Source: Gemmatimonadota bacterium
GTDB lineage: Bacteria; Gemmatimonadota; Gemmatimonadetes; Gemmatimonadales; GWC2-71-9
Direction of reading: 5' to 3'
Assembly: GCA_031400975.1 (NCBI GenBank)
Contig: JANNQX010000131.1
Span: 761 to 64,760, forward strand
Length of the DNA: 64,000 nt
A program made the position numbers and the translations under genes. Numbering within the stretch: the first letter of the stretch is position 1; each line of letters starts with the position of its first letter. Below the pieces are notes generated by a model that had not been told where the DNA came from, did not search any database, and saw nothing but the letters and a program-made list of their open reading frames with translations. This document shows, one piece after another, positions 24,800 through 34,523 of this stretch.

Positions 24800-25096
24800 T
24801 CATGGACGTTTGGCCCCGGAGTCGGCCTCAGTCCGCTGAGCCAGGAGCCGTTCACTGAAGTCGAGCCGCTCCTCGGCCTCACCCAGACGTTGGCTGAGTT
24901 CTTCCACCTGACTCCGAAGCTCGAGGACTTCATGGAGCACTTCTGGATCCCCGCCTCCCGATTTGGCCTGAATTCGCCGGGCCAGGGCTTGGCCAACCGG
25001 GCCCTGGAACACCCGGATGACGGCCCACGCAACAAAACCGGTCCCGATGACCCCGGTGAGCATGCCGACTAATGGTATGATTGTTTCAGGGCCCAC
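24800..25096 (-). CDS. PspB-like array paralog 1 (GPVGQALARRIQA, EERLDFSERLL)
   Basis: 98 aa with a GTG start preceded by GGAAGG. It has one N-terminal hydrophobic helix (IIPLVGMLTGVIGTGFVAWAVI). Confidence 0.75.
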   Translation of the reverse strand: MGPETIIPLVGMLTGVIGTGFVAWAVIRVFQGPVGQALARRIQAKSGGGDPEVLHEVLELRSQVEELSQRLGEAEERLDFSERLLAQRTEADSGAKRP

Positions 25097-25225
25097 TTGG
25101 CTCGCCTTCCGTAACTCAATGAATAACAGCTATTTATCCGGTATGCACGCGGGGACCTGGGCCGCTCGATCGGGATTGTCCCAGCCTACGTCCCAATGTT
25201 GCAGGATGTTTCATTCCTTGCAACG

Positions 25226-25441
25226 TCAGACCAATTCAACGGCTTCAATGCTCGTCAGGCTTACCACGACCTCGGTTTCGTCGTCATCGACGGGATGGAG
25301 ATAGACCTCGAGCGCCGCCGGATGGTCGTCGACCGCAATGGGGATGCCGAGCACCGACTGGCCCTCCGTTGTGGTAATCCGGACGACCCGTTCGGCACCG
25401 ACGGCAAAGCCCAACAGCTCGATGATGGTCCGGTACTCCAC
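25226..25441 (-). CDS. hypothetical 71-aa acidic protein, coupled to the upstream kinase gene
   Basis: The GTG start shares one nucleotide with the kinase TAG stop (TAGTG). I recognise no family for it. Confidence 0.5.
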   Translation of the reverse strand: MEYRTIIELLGFAVGAERVVRITTTEGQSVLGIPIAVDDHPAALEVYLHPVDDDETEVVVSLTSIEAVELV

Positions 25442-27228
25442 TAGGTTCCCCGGTTGAGCCGGCGAGGGCCGGCACTCGGGGTACCAAACACCGCCTGCGA
25501 TCGAAAGTGGCCGCCCAGCTCCCCGAGCAACTCCGCAAGTTCTTCGGTGGCCTTCCGAAGGCTGTACCGGTAGAGCCAGCGATACCAGCCCAGTGATGCG
25601 GCCCCGAAGGCGCCCCCGACGGCGAGAGCCGGCCCCGCCGCCAGCGCCCCCAGACCCATGGCACCGACGGCGGCCGCGCCCCCGATGCCGCCGCCGAGCA
25701 TCCCTAGGACGGCAGCAATGCCTTTGCTCAGCTTCCAGTTGGCCCGCAGCCCGGGGCGGAGATCGCCATAGCAGCGGACCTCGGTACCGCCCTGGGCCAC
25801 CGGTCGAACGGTCACGTTCAGTACCCGAAGCTCGATTCCGGTCATCCGATAGGAGAACATCGACAGCCCCTGCCCGCCGACCGACGTGCCCATCTTGAGC
25901 TGGGGTACATCGAAGACCAAGACGCCGCCGTCCAGCGGGTGACCCCCCACGGTATCCCGGAGGGTGAGCCGGTAGGGGAACTGCGCAAACAACTGCCCAA
26001 TCGCCGCGAGGACCTCCTGGGGTGTACCCGCGACGTTGGTCACCGCGCTAATCGTTCGGAGTTCGGTCCCGAGCATTCGGCTCCATCGACGCTCGTCGCC
26101 GGGGGAGGCTTGAGCCGCCACGACCGAGCGGGTATCCTGGCGTTCGGCCATCGCCAGCGCGACAAACTCCGGACCGATCCCGGCTTCTTTCGCGGCACTC
26201 TCGACGTCCCGAACCCGATACCCGCCAGACGGGGTGAGGCGAACCTGATCCGGCCGGGTATCGGCCGCCCGATATCGGGCTTGGAGTCGGGTCGCCGCCT
26301 CGGCCTGGAGTTCGGCCGCCCGCTGCCAAATGGCCCGCGCTTCTTCCTCGGAGACCACCGCCGGGTTGGTTTCGGTGTCGACCCGGGGGGACTCTTCGAC
26401 GGCCTCGGTCAGCGCATCGGCCAGCGCTTCGCCGGTGGGATATCGCGCCGACGGATCCTTGGCGAGGCAGCGATCGATGACCAGGGCGAGGGCGGCCGGG
26501 ACATCCGGAGCAGCCATGCGGACCGGCGGTGCCGGCTCGACGGCATGCTGGACGATCACGGCTGATGCCTTCTCGGCATCAAAGGGAAGCCTGCCCGTTA
26601 GGCACTGATACCCGACCACGCCGAGGGTGTAGATGTCGCTTCGCCCGTCGAGGTCATCGCCGGCGATTTGTTCGGGACTCATGTAGTGCACCGAACCAAG
26701 CACGAGTCCGTCCAAGGTCAGCCGGCTGGTGCGGGTGTCTCGGGCAATCCCGAAGTCGGTAACCACAACCCGCCCCGACGCCTTCTCGATCATCAAGTTT
26801 TCGGGTTTGACATCCCGGTGGATCACGCCGCGGGCATGGGCGTAGGCAAGAGCCCACGCCGCTTCGCGAAGGACCCGGACCGTTTCGAGCGGCGAGAGCG
26901 CCCCGAGCCGCCGAAGCCGGTCGGCCAGGGACTCCCCGTCTACGAATCCCATCACGAAGAAGGCATGGCCGGCGATTTCGTCGGCCCGGTAGACGGGGAC
27001 AATATTGGGGTGCGAGAGCTTGGCGGCGGTGCGGGCCTCACGAAGGAACCGTTCGCGGTGGTCGCCGGACTCGGCCAGCAGTGGAGGCAACACTTTGATC
27101 GCGACCAAGCGATCGAGGCGGACGTCGCGAGCCAAGTAGACGACGCCCATCCCGCCGCGACCGAGTTCCCGTTCGATCAGGTATTGGCCCTCGAGCAGGG
27201 CCGAGAGCGGGCTGGGCGTCTCGGTCAT
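25441..27228 (-). CDS. Ser/Thr protein kinase with C-terminal uncharacterised domain and Gly-rich membrane segment
   Basis: I chose the start at ATG 27228 ([35 protein letters not shown]), which overlaps the uvrA TGA as ATGA. Hanks motifs are present: AIK, HRDVKPEN, DFG, SPE. The C-terminus contains GMLGGGIGGAAAVGAMGLGALAAGPALAVGGAFGAASLGWY. Confidence 0.9.
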   Translation of the reverse strand: MTETPSPLSALLEGQYLIERELGRGGMGVVYLARDVRLDRLVAIKVLPPLLAESGDHRERFLREARTAAKLSHPNIVPVYRADEIAGHAFFVMGFVDGESLADRLRRLGALSPLETVRVLREAAWALAYAHARGVIHRDVKPENLMIEKASGRVVVTDFGIARDTRTSRLTLDGLVLGSVHYMSPEQIAGDDLDGRSDIYTLGVVGYQCLTGRLPFDAEKASAVIVQHAVEPAPPVRMAAPDVPAALALVIDRCLAKDPSARYPTGEALADALTEAVEESPRVDTETNPAVVSEEEARAIWQRAAELQAEAATRLQARYRAADTRPDQVRLTPSGGYRVRDVESAAKEAGIGPEFVALAMAERQDTRSVVAAQASPGDERRWSRMLGTELRTISAVTNVAGTPQEVLAAIGQLFAQFPYRLTLRDTVGGHPLDGGVLVFDVPQLKMGTSVGGQGLSMFSYRMTGIELRVLNVTVRPVAQGGTEVRCYGDLRPGLRANWKLSKGIAAVLGMLGGGIGGAAAVGAMGLGALAAGPALAVGGAFGAASLGWYRWLYRYSLRKATEELAELLGELGGHFRSQAVFGTPSAGPRRLNRGT

Positions 27229-30083
27229 TCGAGCGAGGCGCCCTTCCCAACCAGTCGGTGGAGAAACCGGCCGGTGTGGCTTTCCTTGACGGTCGCAACG
27301 TGCTCCGGGGTACCGGCGGCCACCACCAAGCCGCCTTTGGTCCCTCCTTCGGGCCCCAAGTCGACGACCCAATCGGCCGTCTTGATCACATCGAGATTGT
27401 GCTCGATCACCAGCACACTGTTCCCCTTGTCAACGAGCCGATGGAGCACCTCGAGGAGTACCCGAACGTCCTCGAAGTGAAGGCCCGTCGTGGGCTCGTC
27501 AAGGATGTACAAGGTTCGGCCGGTGTCTCGCTTCGACAATTCAGTGGCCAGCTTGACCCGCTGGGCTTCACCCCCCGACAGGGTGGTCGCGGCCTGCCCA
27601 AGATGAAGGTAGCCCAGACCGACGTCGTTGAGGAGTTCGAGTTTTTCGCGAATCCGCCCCTGGGCGGAGAAGAACTCGAGCGCGTCCGACACGGTCAATT
27701 CGAGCACGTCGGCAATGCTCCGGCCTTTGTAACGGACCTCGAGGGTTTCGCGGTTGTACCGTTTGCCCCGGCAGACTTCGCAGGGGACGTAGACGTCGGG
27801 CAGGAAGTGCATCTCGATCTTGACCAGGCCATCGCCTTCACAGGACTCGCAGCGGCCGCCTTTGACATTGAACGAGAAACGCCCGGGGCCGTAGCCCCGC
27901 ATTTTCGCTTCCGGCAACTGGGCGAAGAGGTCGCGAATCGGGGCAAAGAGGCCGGTGTAGGTCGCCGGGTTGGAGCGGGGCGTCCGCCCGATCGGGCTTT
28001 GATCGACGTCAATGACTTTGTCGAGTTGATCGAGCCCTTCGATCGTCCGGTGCGCACCCGGCACCACCTTGGCCCGGAAGAAATGCCGAGCCAGTGAATG
28101 GTAGAGGATGTCGGTAATCAAGGTCGACTTTCCCGAGCCCGACACGCCGGTGACGGTGGTGAGGACGCCTAACGGGAACTCGACCGTGAGGTTTCGCAAA
28201 TTGTTCGCTTTGGCGCCGACGACCCGAAGGACCCGCTTGGGGTCCACCGGCCGACGCTTGACGGGCAACGGGATCCGAAGCTCGCCCCGAAGGTATCTTC
28301 CGGTCAGGGACTCGGCGTGGTCGACCACCGACTGGACCACGCCCTCCACGATGACTTCGCCGCCGAATCGGCCCGCCCTGGGCCCGAGATCGACCACGTA
28401 GTCCGCGGCCCGAATCGTGTCTTCGTCGTGCTCGACCACCAGGACCGTGTTGCCCAGATCGCGAAGTTCCTTGAGTGTCTTGAGGAGGCGGTCGTTGTCG
28501 CGCTGGTGGAGGCCGATGCTGGGCTCATCGAGGATGTAGAGTACGCCAACCAGCCGGGACCCGATCTGGGTCGCCAGCCGGATCCGTTGGGCCTCACCAC
28601 CGGAGAGCGATCCCGACCCCCGCCCTAGCGTTAGGTATTCCAGGCCCACGTCACGCAGAAACGTTAGCCGGTCGTGGACTTCTTTGAGAATTGGCCCGCC
28701 GATGTCGGGATCGATGCTCCCGACCTTGCTTCGACCGATCGCGATCCCGCTAAAGAACACCAGCGCCTCGTCCACCGAAAGGTCAACCACTTCACCGATG
28801 CTCTTGCCGGCCACCAGAACCGCGAGGCTCTCGGGTTTGAGCCGCCGGCCATGGCAGGTCCGGCAGGGCATTTCCACCATGAACTCGCCCAGTTGTTGGC
28901 GGATGGCGTCGCTTTGGGTTTCATAGAACCGGCGCTCGACGTTCTTGAGGATCCCTTCCCAGCCTGATTCGTAGTCGCCCTTGATCTTGGGACCGTCCAG
29001 CTGAAACTTGAACGTCTTCCCCGGCGCACCTCGAAGGAGCATGTCCTTCACGGTGGCACCGAGCGACCTCCATGGCGCATCCAGATCGAACTTGTAAAGC
29101 TTGGCCAAGGTCGGAAGGATCACCTTCCGGAGATAGCCGGTCGGCTCACCCCACGGCAGAATCACCCCCTCGAGGATCGAAAGACTCGGGTCTCCGACCG
29201 CGAGTTCCTGGACTGATTCTCGGCGGGTGCCGAGGCCGTGACAATCGGGGCAGACCCCAAAGGGTGAATTGAAGGAAAACTGGCGGGGCTCGAGCTCCGG
29301 CATCGAAAGCCCGCACTCCGGGCAAGCGAACCGCTCAGAGAACACCACCGATTTGCTTCCGGCTCCGTGGCGAACGACCTCGACAACCCCCTCCGCCACT
29401 TTGAGGGCGGTCTCGATCGAGTCATTGATCCGGGACCGGTCGGCCGCCCGGACCACCAGCCGATCGACCACGACGGCCACATCGTGATTCTGCCGTCGGT
29501 TGAGCTTCGGCACCGCGGTCAGGTCGTAGGTTTCGCCGTCGACCCGGACCCGGACGAATCCCCGCTTGGCCAGATCCTCGAACAGCTCGCGAAACTCGCC
29601 CTTCCGGCCCCGAACGATCGGGCCGAGGATCTCAATCCGGGTATCCGGGGGCCAGGCCGAGACCGCCTCCGCAATCTGGGCCGCACTGGAGCGGGCAACT
29701 GGCGACCCGTCGTTCGGGCAATGGGGCGTCCCGGCCCGGGCCCAGAGGAGCCGCATGTAATCGTAGATCTCGGTTACGGTCCCAACGGTCGACCGCGGAT
29801 TGTTCCCAGTGGACTTCTGCTGGATCGAAATCGCCGGGGACAGGCCTTCGATGGCGTCGACATCCGGTTTTTCCATCAGGCCAAGGAATTGCCGGGCGTA
29901 CGCCGACAGCGACTCCACATACCGACGTTGGCCTTCGGCGTAGATGGTATCAAACGCGAGCGAGGACTTACCCGAGCCCGACAAACCGGTGATGACGGTC
30001 AGTTGGTTTCGGGGAATGGTGACGTTGATGTTCTTGAGATTGTGCTCGCGGGCACCGCGGACGCGAAGGTATTCCTGGGCCAT
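27225..30083 (-). CDS. uvrA: excinuclease ABC subunit A
   Basis: 952 aa starting [55 protein letters not shown]. It has two ABC modules and Zn-finger Cys clusters. Confidence 0.97.
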   Translation of the reverse strand: MAQEYLRVRGAREHNLKNINVTIPRNQLTVITGLSGSGKSSLAFDTIYAEGQRRYVESLSAYARQFLGLMEKPDVDAIEGLSPAISIQQKSTGNNPRSTVGTVTEIYDYMRLLWARAGTPHCPNDGSPVARSSAAQIAEAVSAWPPDTRIEILGPIVRGRKGEFRELFEDLAKRGFVRVRVDGETYDLTAVPKLNRRQNHDVAVVVDRLVVRAADRSRINDSIETALKVAEGVVEVVRHGAGSKSVVFSERFACPECGLSMPELEPRQFSFNSPFGVCPDCHGLGTRRESVQELAVGDPSLSILEGVILPWGEPTGYLRKVILPTLAKLYKFDLDAPWRSLGATVKDMLLRGAPGKTFKFQLDGPKIKGDYESGWEGILKNVERRFYETQSDAIRQQLGEFMVEMPCRTCHGRRLKPESLAVLVAGKSIGEVVDLSVDEALVFFSGIAIGRSKVGSIDPDIGGPILKEVHDRLTFLRDVGLEYLTLGRGSGSLSGGEAQRIRLATQIGSRLVGVLYILDEPSIGLHQRDNDRLLKTLKELRDLGNTVLVVEHDEDTIRAADYVVDLGPRAGRFGGEVIVEGVVQSVVDHAESLTGRYLRGELRIPLPVKRRPVDPKRVLRVVGAKANNLRNLTVEFPLGVLTTVTGVSGSGKSTLITDILYHSLARHFFRAKVVPGAHRTIEGLDQLDKVIDVDQSPIGRTPRSNPATYTGLFAPIRDLFAQLPEAKMRGYGPGRFSFNVKGGRCESCEGDGLVKIEMHFLPDVYVPCEVCRGKRYNRETLEVRYKGRSIADVLELTVSDALEFFSAQGRIREKLELLNDVGLGYLHLGQAATTLSGGEAQRVKLATELSKRDTGRTLYILDEPTTGLHFEDVRVLLEVLHRLVDKGNSVLVIEHNLDVIKTADWVVDLGPEGGTKGGLVVAAGTPEHVATVKESHTGRFLHRLVGKGASLE

Positions 30084-30178
30084 AGCCCCTGAAGATATCC
30101 CGAAACTCGGTTGGCTTCAACCGAGGAGGGTCCGACGGCGTTTGGCACCGCGATTGGTTGGCGATACCTTCACCCCCC

Positions 30179-31390
30179 ATGACCCCACCTCGATTGACGG
30201 TCCTCTGTATCGCCAGCTACCGCAAGGGTGATGCATTCCTCCACGCGGCGAAGCGGGCCGGCGCCCGAGTGTTGTTGCTGACCTCGAAAAGCCTCGAAAC
30301 CTCTGACTGGCCCCGCGAGGCGTTGGACGACATCTACTTCGTCCCGGATGTCGACAATCAATGGAACATGACGGAGGTCATCAAAAGTGTCAGCTGGTTG
30401 GCCCGATCGACCAAGATCGACCGGATCGTCGCCCTTGACGATTTCGATGTCGAAAAGGCGGCGATGCTCCGGGAGCATCTCCGGATCCCCGGAATGGGAG
30501 ACACCACGGCGCGGTACTTCCGCGACAAGCTGGCGATGCGTTCCAAGGCGCGGGAAGCGGGGCTCGAGGTGCCCGCTTTCGTCCCCGTACTCAACTACGA
30601 TGACATTCGAACGTTCCTGGCCGCCGCCCCCGGGCCCTACGTGCTCAAGCCCCGTTCGATGGCCGCCGCGATCGGAATTCGAAAGGTCCCGACTGGAGAC
30701 GATCTCTGGCCCCTGCTCGACGAGCTCGGAGACCAGCAGGCCTTCTACGTACTGGAGCGGTTCGTCCCTGGCGACGTCTTCCATGTTGATTCGATCGTGG
30801 CGGACTACCGGGTTCGGTTTGCCATTGCCAGCCGCTACGGGACCCCGCCCCTCGAAACCGTGCAAGAGGGACGGGTCTTCACGACGAAGACCCTCCGGCG
30901 CCGGAGCCTGGACGAACGAACGCTGCTCGGCTTCAATCAGACCTTGCTCAAGGCGTTAGGCCTGAAGCAAGGGGTTTCTCACACCGAGTTCATCAAAGGA
31001 CGGCACGACGGAGTTTTCTATTTCCTGGAGACGTCCGCCCGGGTCGGCGGCGCCCACATCGTCGATCTGGTTGAAGCCGCAACCGGGCTCAACCTGTGGG
31101 CGGAATGGGCCCGGCTGGAGTGCCGGCGGGATAGCGACCCCTACCTCGTCACCGCCCCCAAGCGCCAGTATGCCGGTCTGTTGGTGTCGCTGGCCCGACA
31201 GGAGCGGCCGGACCTGTCAGGGTACGATGCCCCGGAGGTCACCTGGCGCTTGGAGAAAAAACACCACGCCGGGCTGGTGGTCGCCTCGCCGAAACTCGAG
31301 CGGGTTGACTCCTTGGTCGACCAGTATGCAGAAGGGTTCTACCGAGATTTCTTCGCGACCGCCCCAGCCAGGATGACGACAACCGACTGA
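30179..31390 (+). CDS. ATP-grasp domain protein
   Basis: About 403 aa from ATG 30179; the ORF-track TTG start is at 30158. ATP-grasp-like stretches are present: [46 protein letters not shown]. Confidence 0.8.
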   Translation: MTPPRLTVLCIASYRKGDAFLHAAKRAGARVLLLTSKSLETSDWPREALDDIYFVPDVDNQWNMTEVIKSVSWLARSTKIDRIVALDDFDVEKAAMLREHLRIPGMGDTTARYFRDKLAMRSKAREAGLEVPAFVPVLNYDDIRTFLAAAPGPYVLKPRSMAAAIGIRKVPTGDDLWPLLDELGDQQAFYVLERFVPGDVFHVDSIVADYRVRFAIASRYGTPPLETVQEGRVFTTKTLRRRSLDERTLLGFNQTLLKALGLKQGVSHTEFIKGRHDGVFYFLETSARVGGAHIVDLVEAATGLNLWAEWARLECRRDSDPYLVTAPKRQYAGLLVSLARQERPDLSGYDAPEVTWRLEKKHHAGLVVASPKLERVDSLVDQYAEGFYRDFFATAPARMTTTD

Positions 31391-31408
31391 AGGCTCTATC
31401 CTTCCCGG

Positions 31409-32203
31409 ATGCGCCGACTGATCAACTCCCGCGACAATCTGCCCGACGAGGGGGCCCTCGAGGGCTTCCCCACGCTCGCCCTCGAAGGTGACCTGCCCTC
31501 CGCGTCGCTCGATGCGATCGGATCACTCCGCCCGTTCGGGCGCGACATCACCGAACAACGGGTTGCCGCTGTCCCCGCCTCCGGTCCCGCCTCTCCCGGC
31601 GAACTCGTCCGCGCCGCGGCCCTGGCGGCCTCAGGACGGCGACTCGACGCGATCGCCTTGCTCCGCCAGGTTATTGCCGCCGACCCCAAGGCGACCGAGG
31701 CCAGGATTTCGCTGGCCAACCTCCATGGGACCGCCGGCGACTGGGACCTCGCGATCGACCAGCTGTCGGAGGCGTTGGCGCGGGGGGCGGCGAAGGCCCC
31801 AACTTTGGTCCTCCGTGGCGCATTCCATGCACAGGCGAATCAAGCCGACGCGGCGGAACGGGACTTTCGCGAGGCAGTTCAGCAGGACCCAAGCTATTGG
31901 CCTGCATATCGTTACCTCGGTGTCACCCGACTTCGGCAGGGGGCCGGCCGCGAGGCGATCAGGATCCTTCGGGACGCCCGTTCTATGGCACCTCAAGACC
32001 CCGAGTGCGCCCTGTTTCTGGGAGAGGCGTTGCTGGCCCAGGGCGAGCTCGACGAAGGACATCAGGTGTTGAGCGCCGCCCTCGACCTCGACCCCCGAGA
32101 TCCCCGGGCCTATTTGTTGCTCGGCCGGCTGCTGGACCGTTTGGGGCGAACCGATGAGGCCATGGTGATGCATCGCAAAGCGCATGATGGAACGACCGAG
32201 TGA
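31409..32203 (+). CDS. TPR-repeat protein
   Basis: 264 aa with several 34-residue A/L/Y-rich repeats (e.g. AERDFREAVQQDPSYWPAYRYLGV; LSAALDLDPRDPRAYLLLGRLL). Confidence 0.8.
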   Translation: MRRLINSRDNLPDEGALEGFPTLALEGDLPSASLDAIGSLRPFGRDITEQRVAAVPASGPASPGELVRAAALAASGRRLDAIALLRQVIAADPKATEARISLANLHGTAGDWDLAIDQLSEALARGAAKAPTLVLRGAFHAQANQADAAERDFREAVQQDPSYWPAYRYLGVTRLRQGAGREAIRILRDARSMAPQDPECALFLGEALLAQGELDEGHQVLSAALDLDPRDPRAYLLLGRLLDRLGRTDEAMVMHRKAHDGTTE

Positions 32204-33768
32204 ACGTCGGGGCCTTGAATCGTCGGACCGGCGCCCAATTCGTGATGCTTGCCTGGGCGGTCGCGCTCGGGTGGCTCGCCAGACGGGAGTTTGGGAAGAA
32301 CGAGGCGGAGACGATTATCGAAGCCACGGTTCGGCTCAGCCCCGAGGCCCATTTCTACTCGGTCAGCGCGTCCAATCGCCAGATCGGATATGCTAGCGTG
32401 ACGATCGATACCCTGGCCGCCGGCTTTGCCTTATCGGAAGTGCTGGCCCTCGATGTGCCCGAGGCCGACTCGATCCGGCGGGTAACCCGACGGACCGAAT
32501 TGATTCTGTCCCGAAGCCTCCGGTTGCGATCATTTACCCGAACCGTCACCGGCAGCGGGCTGTTCGAGGAATTCACGGGGCGAGTCGAAGGGGATACGGT
32601 GCTTCACATGGGGCAACGCGATAGCCGCGATCGGCCGGCGGCCGAGTGGGTCGTTCCGGTCCCCGGCGATGTGGTGCTCCCGCAAGTCTTGCCCTACCGA
32701 TTGGCGTTCGGGAAACGCCTCGAGGTCGGCCGCTCGGTGTCGGTCAACGTGCTCGACCTGACCACCGGCACGATCGGACCAGTGGCGTTCGCCGCGACCG
32801 CCGAGTCGACCTTCATCGTCGCGGATAGCGCCGTCGAGCAGCGGCAGACGCACCGATGGCGCCCGGTCACCTACGACACGGTCAAGGCCTGGCGAATCGA
32901 GCATGCCGCGTCCGGCACGCCGATGGTCACCTGGGTCGACGCGCAAGGTGGCCTGATTCAAACCGAGGCAGCGTTAGGCGTCCGGCTGCAGCGGTCGGCC
33001 TTCGAATTGGTCAGCTTCAACTACCGGAACGCGCTGGAGCGGGCCGGCCCCGAGGGCCACCGAGCGGTTCCGGCGATGGCGACGGCCCTTGAGTCCAGGG
33101 CAACCCTGGGGCCGACCACGGACGGCGACAGCTCCCGAACCTACCAGATCGCCAGCGAACCGATCGAACGGTTTCTGGTCCCGCGAGTGGCCTGGCTGGC
33201 AGGCGGACGGCAGACCGCGTCCGGTGATCAGGTCATGATCGGGGCCCCGGGGGCTACCCGGAGCGATTCAGCCAAATCCGAGTATCTCGACCCGAGTCCG
33301 TCCCGCCGGCCGGTGGCGGCGGCCGTTGCCGCCGAAGCCGCCCGGCTGACGTCGACCACGAAGGCCGACCCGATCGGCTCGGTCCGGTTGTTGGCCCGGT
33401 GGATCGCGAACCAGATCAAGGTCGACCCCCGGCAAGATGCCCCTCGGATGGCCGACCACGTGTTGGAGGCGCGGCGGGCCGGCGCGGAGGGAAAGGCCGC
33501 CCTCATGGTGGACTTTGCCCGGGCCCTCGACCTCCCCGCCCGGACCGTCGGCGGGGTGGCGCTCGTTGCCGGCCGGGCCGTGGGTCACGCCTGGGCCGAA
33601 GTCCGGATCGACGGCGTCTGGATCGCGGTCGACCCCACTTTCGGCCAAGTCCCCGCGTCTGCGCGGCTGATCCGGATCGGCGTCGGGATCAGCGGGCAAG
33701 CGATCGACCTGGTTCCTCTCTTTGGATCGGCCCGAATCACGCCGGTCGAACCAACGGCTCAACGATGA
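32200..33768 (+). CDS. membrane-anchored transglutaminase-like domain protein
   Basis: 522 aa. The GTG start overlaps the TPR gene stop (GTGA). It has an N-terminal TM helix. The C-terminal transglutaminase-core pattern reads ...AALMVDFARALDLPARTV.G...GHAWAEVRIDGVWIAVDPTFGQ. Confidence 0.8.
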   Translation: MNVGALNRRTGAQFVMLAWAVALGWLARREFGKNEAETIIEATVRLSPEAHFYSVSASNRQIGYASVTIDTLAAGFALSEVLALDVPEADSIRRVTRRTELILSRSLRLRSFTRTVTGSGLFEEFTGRVEGDTVLHMGQRDSRDRPAAEWVVPVPGDVVLPQVLPYRLAFGKRLEVGRSVSVNVLDLTTGTIGPVAFAATAESTFIVADSAVEQRQTHRWRPVTYDTVKAWRIEHAASGTPMVTWVDAQGGLIQTEAALGVRLQRSAFELVSFNYRNALERAGPEGHRAVPAMATALESRATLGPTTDGDSSRTYQIASEPIERFLVPRVAWLAGGRQTASGDQVMIGAPGATRSDSAKSEYLDPSPSRRPVAAAVAAEAARLTSTTKADPIGSVRLLARWIANQIKVDPRQDAPRMADHVLEARRAGAEGKAALMVDFARALDLPARTVGGVALVAGRAVGHAWAEVRIDGVWIAVDPTFGQVPASARLIRIGVGISGQAIDLVPLFGSARITPVEPTAQR

Positions 33769-34523
33769 TCGAACTGAAGCAGCTGACGAAGCGGTATGGA
33801 GGATTCACCGCGGTGAACGGGATCTCAATTGAGATCCCGAAAGGCACGCTGTACGGCCTGTTGGGGCCGAACGGCGCCGGGAAAACGACGACGATGCGGA
33901 TGATCGCCGGCATCCTCCGGCCGACGTCTGGCACGGCGGCTGTTGCGGGCTTCGATGTCGTGCGCCAGCCGGTCGAGGCCAAGCGTCGGCTTGGCTTCAT
34001 CCCCGACCGTCCGTTCGTCTACGACAAATTGACCGGGAGCGAGTTTCTCCGATTTGTGGCCGGCCTCTATGGCCAAAGCGGCCTCGAAATCGAGAAGCGG
34101 GCCGATGAGCTACTCGAGTTGTTCGAACTCGCCGCGTGGAAGCATGAACTGACCGAGTCGTATAGCCACGGGATGCGCCAGAAACTGATCATCTCGAGCG
34201 CGTTGGTCCATCGGCCCGAGGTGATCGTCGTCGACGAACCGATGGTCGGACTCGACCCGAAGAGCGCCCGGCTCCTCAAGGACATCTTTCGCCATTTCGT
34301 TGATCGGGGCGGTACGGTCTTGATGAGCACGCACACCCTGGAAATCGCCGAAGTCATGTGCGACCAGATCGGGATCGTCTACGGCGGCCAGGTCGTCGCC
34401 GCGGGGACCATGGCGGAGATTCGCGACCAGACCAGCTCCGGCAACGCGAGTCTCGAGGAAGTGTTTCTCAAACTCACCGGTGGACTGGCTGCCCGAGAAT
34501 TGAGCGCCGTTTTCGGTGACTGA
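33765..34523 (+). CDS. ABC transporter ATP-binding protein
   Basis: 252 aa from ATG 33765 (ATGA overlap). It has Walker A GPNGAGKTT, an ABC-signature-like YSHGMRQKL and Walker B VIVVDEP. Confidence 0.92.
   Translation: MIELKQLTKRYGGFTAVNGISIEIPKGTLYGLLGPNGAGKTTTMRMIAGILRPTSGTAAVAGFDVVRQPVEAKRRLGFIPDRPFVYDKLTGSEFLRFVAGLYGQSGLEIEKRADELLELFELAAWKHELTESYSHGMRQKLIISSALVHRPEVIVVDEPMVGLDPKSARLLKDIFRHFVDRGGTVLMSTHTLEIAEVMCDQIGIVYGGQVVAAGTMAEIRDQTSSGNASLEEVFLKLTGGLAARELSAVFGD

Noticed and set aside
30143-30157. Sigma-54-like promoter TGGCAC-CGCGA-TTGG, about 20 nt upstream of the ATP-grasp gene.
   Set aside because: The -24 element is perfect, but the conserved GC of the -12 element is GG here. No enhancer-binding protein gene is in the window. 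A single near-match is expected by chance, so I did not report it as a feature.
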